NCBI GenBank assembly: GCA_009602735.1
Contig: WELA01003463.1
Span: 34,720-90,251, forward strand
Source: Mesotaenium endlicherianum
Lineage: Eukaryota
Length of the DNA: 55,532 bases
Direction: 5' to 3'
Below the pieces are notes generated by a model. That model was not told the origin of the DNA. It ran no database searches and saw only the letters and a program-made list of their open reading frames with translations. Shown in pieces: positions 47,311-55,532 of this stretch. The position numbers and the translations under genes were made by a program. Position 1 is the first letter of the stretch, and each line of letters starts with the position of its first letter.

Positions 47311-50300
47311 ATGGGAGCTTCATGGGGTCATTTTAATCTCAAAGCTGTGCTACTTTCCTTGGCCGGTTTGTCCTGCCTCGGGGCGTACCTCATACTTTCC
47401 GTCGTGTTTCCGGTGTATTTTGTTGCTCCCTTTGACTTAGCTCTGCGATTGAGAGACGACCACGGCCGATTTTCGCAGCAATCCGTCAATCACACACTAC
47501 TTCTTTCAGCTGGGAATAGTACGACACTCGAGGACTCAAGTTTCCTTAATCCGACCGACTCTGATGTGGAGACAAACAGCAAGGCATTGGATGCGATTGA
47601 TGCCGAAGGGTTTAGCAGTAATGGCAATGAAAGCATTGCAAGTTTGATTCCGTCCCAAGGTAGTCAGGACCTGACAGAGGCGAGTCAGATTATTGGGGGT
47701 GGGAGTGAAGGAGACCCGGGATCTGACGGTGCAGGTATAATTACGGTCCCAATCATCAGCGACTATGAGCAGCAAGTTGCTGCGAGCAAGGAGGGTGAAT
47801 CTGTGCCAACCGGCAAGGGTATCGATGACGCCAATGTTTCACCATATGTGACGCTTCCATCTGCATCTCCTTCAATTTCCGCCTCCTCTCCCCCTCCCCC
47901 CTCTGCCTCCCCCCCTCTTCCGCCTCGTCCACCTCCCCCGCAACGTCCCCCCAAAGAGGCTCCCTGTGACCTGTATGATGGCGAGTGGGTCATGGACAAG
48001 GAGAATTACCCCCTCTACAAGTCGGAGGATTGCCCCTTCATCGAAGCAGGCTTCAATTGCCAGGTGAGAAAGAGCTTCCCCACTTCACCCTCCTCATTCT
48101 TTCATGAACTATACTTATTTTTTCTCGATAAATCCAGAGGTCAGTTCTGAGGCCAGCAGGCTCCCCTTATGGAGTATGCAGAGGAAAGACACTTCAGTAT
48201 ACCGTTCAATCTGTTGTGAATTTCTACTGCATGTGCCGGTCAAGTCCTCTTGACGTCCCCCCCCTCTCTCTCCCCCACCCTCCCCCTCCTCCGTCAATGA
48301 ATCCCATGCCCTCCCTCCCTACTGCATGCAATGATGCTTCTTTCAGAACCGGCCGATGCGCCATTTAATCGCTGATGCTTACATCTTTCCTCACTGGCTG
48401 CTTGTCCTGGCATCTGTTGGAATGTCCAGCTTCTCGTCTGTGCGGTGTGTTTGCCAAAGCATGAGGTGCTCTGCCTCCTGTACTCTTCTTTCCCCCCCCC
48501 ACACTAAGACTACATCATTCTCCTTCACATGGTGGCACTTGCATCCACGAGAAGAGGGTAGTGGGGGACAGGTTCCTTCTCCACACTCATTTTTGACGTG
48601 TTCGAGTCAGGGCACCTTTAGGAGCCTCTTAGAAAGCTGAGGTTGAGCGGCAAGCCTAGGGGACTAGCTGCAGCAGGGCTGAGTTGGCAGGCTGAGATGC
48701 TGACACCTGGTCTCTGTTACAGCTGTCGCGCTTGGCTTCGATCCCTCCAGACCAGCCAGCTCTGCGTCTCTCTGTGTGGAACGACTGTGAGAGGCGGACT
48801 TGCTTTTGCGCGTGGTGCATGTGACAGCTGGCACGTCGGGTTTGGGATTTAGCGGCTGACAGGCTTGGGGCAGCACCAATGCCAGCAGAAGCTGTGGAAG
48901 GGACCGCATGAAAGTTTTCAGAGGAGGGAGAGAGCGAGACAAGACTCCCTCCCTTACCTGGGCAGGGTGCAGGAGGGGAAGCAGGGAGGGAGGGAGAGGG
49001 GCATGCATGTTTGAGGGAATGGAGAAGGGGCAGTGCCGAGAAAAGTGGGGGAGTGCAGCTTGTGCGTGCAACATCTCTGGATGCTTTCAGTGGGTTCTCT
49101 GATTGTCTCGATCAGCATAGACGGGGTTTTGCTTCCGGATGTGAGGGGTGCAGAGAGAGCCAAGCCCCCGGGGTGCATGCCCAGGGGGCAGCCTGAGTGT
49201 GCAGAGGGGTGGCGGGGGGTGTCATCTCAGGGAGGGCGTCTGTGTAGGGCTGTGGGCATAAGGAGGGGGCCTCAGTTTTTTTTGCCCACTTGCATGTACC
49301 GACCCCGGAGCTGTTATCTTACCAAAGTAGATGTGTGTGCGCCTGTGGCTATACATACTAAGTGCGTGTGGGGGTGTGCGTGTGTACGCCTCTCAAGTGA
49401 GCATCAAATGAACGTTGTTTTAGGACGCTGGCATATGTGTAGAGAGTGTCGAGACTCTGCTCGTTGGGCGGGGGTTTATGCTTGGTACGCAAGTCCATCT
49501 GGAAGACCAGGGGTTATGCACGGGGGACAAGTCAACCTCATGCAGTCCAGGGCTGATGCTCGGTGCGGAAGCAGACGGCTGTGCGCAGCTTAGGAGAGAG
49601 GTAACGCTCGGTCGCCACGTTACAGACAACAGAGGGGGTAGGGTTTTTGGAGGCCGGATGAATTAACCTTCGCATGCACTTCTGACATCGATAGCTGATG
49701 GAGTGTGTGTGCGCGCGCTTGCGCGTGTGCGCTTGCGTACAGTACATGCGTGCTTTGTTCGGGCTTGTGCTTGTGCTTGCGCGCGCGTGCATGCGCATCC
49801 GCGTGTGCGCAAGCTCTTACTTTCTCTTCCCCCCCCTCTCTCATTCCCTTCCTTCTCTCTCTCGCTCTGGCCGGAGGGGCGGCAGAAGAATGGGCGGGCG
49901 CTGCGGGAGTACGAGGACTACGGGTGGAGGCCGCGCGCGTGCCGCCTGCCGCGCTTCGACGCGCACGCCATGCTGTCCGCGCTCCGCAACAAGCGCATCC
50001 TCTTCTCGGGGGACTCCATGATGCGCCAGGTGTTGTGCACCCCCCCCCAGCTGCTGCCACCTCTGGGAGAAGCTGCGGCGCGTGCGGCATGTTTGGGGCA
50101 TCGTGTGGGGCAGAGTCCGCAAGTAACGGGCTGGAAGCTGGCGCAGCAGCAGAAGAAGCAGCAGAAGCAGCAGAAGCAGCAGCAGCACGCAGTCGTGCTT
50201 CTCCCAGAGGTTCCTTCTTTGGGAATCTGGGGGGATAGCGGGGCGCAGGGGGTAAAATGTCAAACATGTGTGGGTTTAAGGAGGCTAACTGGTGCTGGTG

Positions 50301-52395
50301 ACTGGATGCAGTGTGTGGAGGCTCTGGGCCCTTCTTCTTCTTCTTCTTCTCTCTCTCTCCACCTTTAGGTTAAGCCCCTCCTGCCTGTCTGTGTGCTTGC
50401 TCCTCTAACTGGCGCCTTCTCCTCCTTATCATCATCATCCTCGTGCTGCTGCTGCTGCTGCTGCTCAGACTAAGGCACACACACGCACACGCAGACGCAC
50501 ACACAAATACACACTCACATTCTCTTACACACACATATAGAAAGAGAAGAAGATAGAGAGAGGATAGGGAGCTGGCGTGGAAGGCTGGCTGGTGCGAGAG
50601 TGTGCATGGGCATGCCCGTCAATGAGGGCGTCACCATCTCTGTTCATGTCTTCCCTCATAAAGCCAGGCTGCCACACCGTATTTCATGTGTTCTCTCAAA
50701 CAGGCAGGCCGTGAGCTTTCATGTGCAGCGCAGGCAGCGAGGAGCAGCTGGACAGCAGCCCTTCTTGGCCCTCCTTGGCACTGAAACACTTCTCCCTGTC
50801 TCCGTCTTGTGTGCGTGCGTGCTTGTGTGTCTCCGTACATGTGTGTGTGTGCGCGTGTGTGTGTATGTGTGTGTGTGTGTGTATGTCCGTGTTTATGCGC
50901 GCCCGTGCGTGTGTATGTGCGCGTGTGCATGCGCATGTGCATTCGCGCATGTACCCGCTTGCGCTTCCGTGCGTGCGTGCCTGTGCGTCCGTGCGCCCCT
51001 TGACACGCGCCTCCCACGAGCGCGCGAGCAGATGTATCAGTCGTTGGTGTGCCTGCTGGCCGTGGGGCCCTCCAGCGCGGGCCGCCCCGTGAGGGTGCGG
51101 GAGGTGCTGAACCGCGTGATCAAGAAGGGCGCGTGGAACTTCCAATTCCAGTTTGCCGACTACAACGCCAGCGTTGACTTTGTGTGGTCCACGCACCTGG
51201 TGCAGGCCAAGGCCGAGTCCAACGAGACACGCCGCCTGCTGCCGCCCGACAGCAAGCGCTCTACTTACGTGGATGTCCGCAGGTACGCCCGCCCACCCGC
51301 TTGCCCGCCTGCCGGCTGGCTTTCTTGCTGCCCGCTGCCGATGGGCGTGGTGCCTGTGTTCCTCTTGAGGCACGTATATGTCTGCCAGCGTGCATGTGTT
51401 GTGCAGAAGCACGAGTGCCTGTGGTCACACGTGTATGCCCATGTCCGTGCGTCTGTGTGCGCCTGTGCGTGCGTGTGCGTGCGTGCATGCGCGCGCTTGT
51501 GTTTGCGCCCATCTGTGCGTCCGTGGGCGTGCCCCCATGTGCGTACGTGTGCATGTATGTGCGCGTTTATGCGTGCTCGACACGTGCGTGCCTGACGAGT
51601 ACGTGCCTGACGAGTACGCGCCTGACGCGTCCTACATCGTGCCTGCGTGCTCGCGCGTGCTCACGTGGGTGTGCGTGCGCGCGTGTGCGCGTGGGCAGGC
51701 TGGACGCGTGGACGTGGTACGCGCTGCACAACCAGGCGGACATGGTGGTGCTCTCTACGGGCCCCTGGTGGTCGTCGTTCATGCGCAACACCTACGGCCA
51801 CCGCGTCTACACCGTTGAGGGGGACGCGTTCGTGGAGCTCCCGCCGGAGCAGGGGCTGACGGCGGCGCTGGCCACGCTGCACTGGGCGATGCGCCACACG
51901 TACACGCGCCTGGGCACGACACCTGTCTACTTCGTGGGCCTGCCGTATGTCCACTTCATGAAGGGCGTGCTGAGCTACGAGTTCGTTGACATCATGAAGC
52001 CCGAGTGGAAGCGCGAGGGCAGCTGCAACTGGGTGCCGCGCCCGCTCAACGCCTCGCAGCTGCCGGGCATCGACCCCCGCGCCGTCATCATTGAGAAGGT
52101 GCTGGGGCGCTCCCCCCGCATCAACCTGCTGCGGATCTCTGAGAGCGTGCGCGCGCGCGCCGACGCGCACATTGGCCTGCTGCGCGCGCCCCCCCCGCCG
52201 CCGCCTGGCGAGAAGCCCGCCCCCTTCCGCCCGCAGGATTGCGGCCACTTCTGCATCCCCGGCGTGCCGGACTCGTGGAACGAGCTTTTTTTCGCGACAC
52301 TTGTCCAGCAGGGCAAGGTCGACCTGCAACCCCCCCCACTGCCTCCAGCGCCGCCGCCAGATAATCCTCCCCCCCGGCCCAAAAAGGGCCCATGA
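47311..52395 (+). CDS. TBL: Trichome birefringence-like (TBL / PMR5N + PC-esterase) polysaccharide O-acetyltransferase, 4 exons, 614 aa
   Basis: Exons 47311-48063, 49886-50029, 51032-51282, 51699-52395 (GT-AG, 1845 nt in frame). N-terminal TM segment, Pro-rich stem, CDLYDGEWV..PLY..CPFI..FNCQKNGR..WRPRACRLPRFD, GDS motif (LFSGDSMMRQMYQSLVCLL), DxxH motif (QDCGHFCIPGVPDSWNELF). Confidence 0.93.
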
Positions 52396-53674
52396 GCAGC
52401 CGCATTGAAATGGGACAGTCGAGCCGTGCCATTTGTGCCTTCCTTCGTCTGACGCTGAGAAAGGAGAGCCCCAGCCGTCGCCTTAGCCCGAGCTTGGGAA
52501 AGTGTCCTGAATGCGATTGCTTGCTCCATACACAAGTTATAACCTGCTCCCTCAAGGTAGCCCCAGCTGCTCCTGTGCCAGGTGGCTGTGAGGCACTTGC
52601 AGCAGTAGTGGAGTAGCGAGTGTCAACGGTGGTAGTTTTGTTGCCGTCTCTCCACTCTCCACCATGGAAGGCATTGGGGGGGGGGTTTTGCTCACAGGCT
52701 TCATCTGAGAGCCTGACTTTGAGCTGCTCCTTCCCTAGTTGGCGCACGTGCTCAAGTATGACGATACACATTACACACGCTGCGTGCGTTTGGCAAGGTT
52801 GCAATTGCAATCAGTTGCGACGGAGGGACTGGTATCACAAATGTCCCAAGACAGTGAGGCAGTGAGGGCGTTTAAGGTCTTCAGCGATGGCGGGGCAATG
52901 TGCTCCCTGTGTCTGACTAGAGGGGAACGATCTTCTTTTGGGTCGAGTTAATTATGGATGGAAAAAGCGTGACCTTACTAGTAGGAGGTGTAGCAGTAGT
53001 GGCGGTAGGAATTGTAGTCATTTATCTGCTGAGTGTCAGCGTGAGGCTAACAAGCGCTCGATATCCAACCCTCATGGGGGCCCGCGCATTCAGATAGGGC
53101 GTGGGCGTTGGTGTCGGTGGTTGTTGCCCTTCACGTGTCCTCTCAAGGTATCTCTTTCTCATTTCGCATGTGGTGCGCCATCGATTTGCTCTTTTTTGAA
53201 ATATTGTGTTGCAATGCCGGTAGCGTAGGCTTATGAAGCGTGGTGCACTTAACGGGCCGTTAAGACCAGGTTGCTATGCTTGTGCTATTCAGAGGTGTGT
53301 TTTGCAACAGCACGGGGTCGCAGCCAGCACATTGTCTGCAGAATTTGCTTGATGGGTGCACTTTGCGGTGTATTTAGACCTGCAATTGAAGTCTTGATTA
53401 AAACACCGGTGGCGGTGTATTGCGCCACATGTGTTGGGGTGCCTGCACAAACCTTGCAAACGCCTGTCGGCACCACCTCTTGGTTGTTGGGCGGACTTGT
53501 TTGTCAGCTACCTTGTATGTAGCTTCTGGTGTTTTGATATACAATTTTGGTTGGCATCTGTGTGTGTGCAATGTTTGCAGACATTTGTTTGTGGATAATA
53601 AGGCGTCAACTAGTTGACAAATCTGGTGCATTACGAATGCCTAAGGTCATGTAATGGTTTGATGAGACAGACAC

Positions 53675-53675
<1 letters not shown>

Positions 53676-53727
<52 letters not shown>
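53676..53727. repeat. (GA)n microsatellite running into an assembly gap (53728-53856)
   Basis: Direct reading. Confidence 0.9.
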
Positions 53728-55532
53728 NNNNNNNNNNNNNNNNNNNNNNNNNNNNNNNNNNNNNNNNNNNNNNNNNNNNNNNNNNNNNNNNNNNNNNNNN
53801 NNNNNNNNNNNNNNNNNNNNNNNNNNNNNNNNNNNNNNNNNNNNNNNNNNNNNNNNGGGGGGGGGTGGCATGCATGCGATAGATTGCCGCCTGCATGGCA
53901 TATGTAGTCAGACTGCTGTGTTGGGTAGTACATATCATGGGTTGATAACAGCTGTCGAAAATAGGAATCATTAAAGTAATGTTAGATTCTTTCACAAAAG
54001 GCGTGCAATAATTTTAATCATCTGCTCAGAGCCTGAAGACTATAGACTATAAAACCAGCAAGAACTCTGATATCCTACAAGAACTAAAATAAAGAGCACA
54101 AGCGCATCCCTCTTTGATAAAGGGGAATAATTGACTACTATGAATGTCTGTCAATGTCAACAGAGTTCTGCTTGTCAATGTGGCATGGACAATCAGCCAA
54201 GAATGCAACGCAGCAGTTTTCACATAATAATTGCGCGCATAAATACTCCCCGATATGCGATTGGTAGGGTTCACGTGCAACCGGAGGGGTCAAGGTGGGT
54301 TCTAGAGATGTGCTCAAGGCCTAACCCTCACCCTAACGCCTTCCGTCTGGCATAGAGAAAGCCATCACGCTTTTGTCTGTCGCACGTTTCACCAGAAAGT
54401 GTCGAAGCATGTTAATGCACTGTTTCAAATGCCCCTCCAATCTATCTGGTGAGGAGTTGCTCGGGTCTGTCGAGCAGCAGCTGGCAAACCTGCACACTCG
54501 CCATTAGAGGGCTCCGGACAGACTCCGAGAGTGAGAGTGCGCCCGGCCCGAGCTGTGTGCCTGCAAGCATGAGTGGAGCCAATAAACAGATCGCAAGAAC
54601 GATCATTAGATGCTCCCCAGAAAGTGCCCCTCCCCCCTCCGACTCGTCAGCACTCTTCCCGCCCGCTGCTCCTAGCTGTACGCTGATGCAGGAACCCTTC
54701 AGCCCTCCTCAAACCCGATGGCAACAATGACAACGCAAGAGCGGCCTCATTCCCATCAGGCATTGGCACGGGTGCACTGCAGCTGGGAGTGCACAGAGGC
54801 ACAACTCATGCGGCTCATGCCGCACGCGCGCGCGCTCATCGCTGCGCTCGCATGCAGGCTGGCGATTGGCTCCTCGTCTGGCAGACATGCCCTTTCCCCC
54901 CCCTTGTGGGCCACCCCTTCCCGCGCTTGAGAGTGCTGAGAGAGAGGAGTCACACAACCCGTAGCTCAAAGACCAGAGTGCAATCCCACAGAGCTCACGC
55001 AAAGCGGGCAAGCATGGCAGAAGTAGCTCGCGGGTGAACTGCAGAGAGGGGAGGGGAGGGGGGGGGAGGGGATTTGAGCCCTTTGAATGCTTGAGTAGCG
55101 ACAAGTCTGTTCCCCAATCTCCTCTAGGGTTACACAGGGCACACACAACTGCAGCACTTGAGCACGCGCTGGTGGTGGTGGTGCTGCTCCCTTCCTGCTG
55201 CTCTTGGTTTGCGATTGGGATTTTCCGCAATGAAGCCCCAGACTCTCCGAAAGCAGGGCTTGCAAATTTGCACGATCCCCACCGTAATGCCTGCCCTCTA
55301 TATGCGGGCTTCCCTTCAGAGTCATTGAAGAGAGGCGGGTCATGACGCGCCATAGCTCCCCCACAGTAGCGCAGGCCACCCTAAAGCCCACAGCGGGCAA
55401 GCAGGTTCCGAGAACTCAGCACACGCCCGGAGTCTGGGGTTTGGAGTCAACGCTTCAGGGTTCAGGGTCAAAGGTTCGGGGTTAGAAGTTGGGCTTCATA
55501 GTTCGAGGTCCAAAAGGAGGGAGAGGGGGGGG

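Noticed and set aside
54449..55400. ORFs of 93-214 aa near the window end
   Set aside because: No recognisable motif or consistent splice structure; a gene here cannot be supported or excluded.

Overview
Eukaryotic nuclear DNA, probably from a streptophyte (charophyte-type) green alga. This is inferred from a plant-type SECA2, a TBL gene and GC-rich exons with microsatellite-filled introns. Two host genes on the + strand flank a ~35 kb nest of transposons: the 3' part of a spliced SECA2 (414-8272) and a complete four-exon TBL/PC-esterase O-acetyltransferase (47311-52395). The nest holds two diverged, independently inserted copies of a large Ty3/gypsy-type retrotransposon (A 11836-30145, B 31185-46367, both - strand, each with its own 4-bp TSD). 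Its polyprotein reads Gag(2xCCHC)-protease-C5 cytosine methyltransferase-unknown region-RT-RNaseH-DDE integrase-PHD. A conventional chromovirus (22773-29067) sits inside A, a piggyBac (31824-35165) sits inside B, and B appears to lie in a small hAT-like MITE. The most striking observation is that A and B lack normal paired LTRs. In sense orientation both read Y-internal-X-Y-X (split direct repeats). The Y|X joint is exactly the PBS-defined end fused to the PPT-defined end, and the genomic termini derive from a palindromic CA-(2-3 nt)-TG site in the middle of the LTR. This fits a DDE integrase opening a 2-LTR circle at an internal att site. Both copies also have a 14-nt PBS complementary to their own LTR (Tf1-like self-priming). 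All TE reading frames are disrupted. Four N gaps limit parts of the analysis. All calls are by eye and no database search was run.
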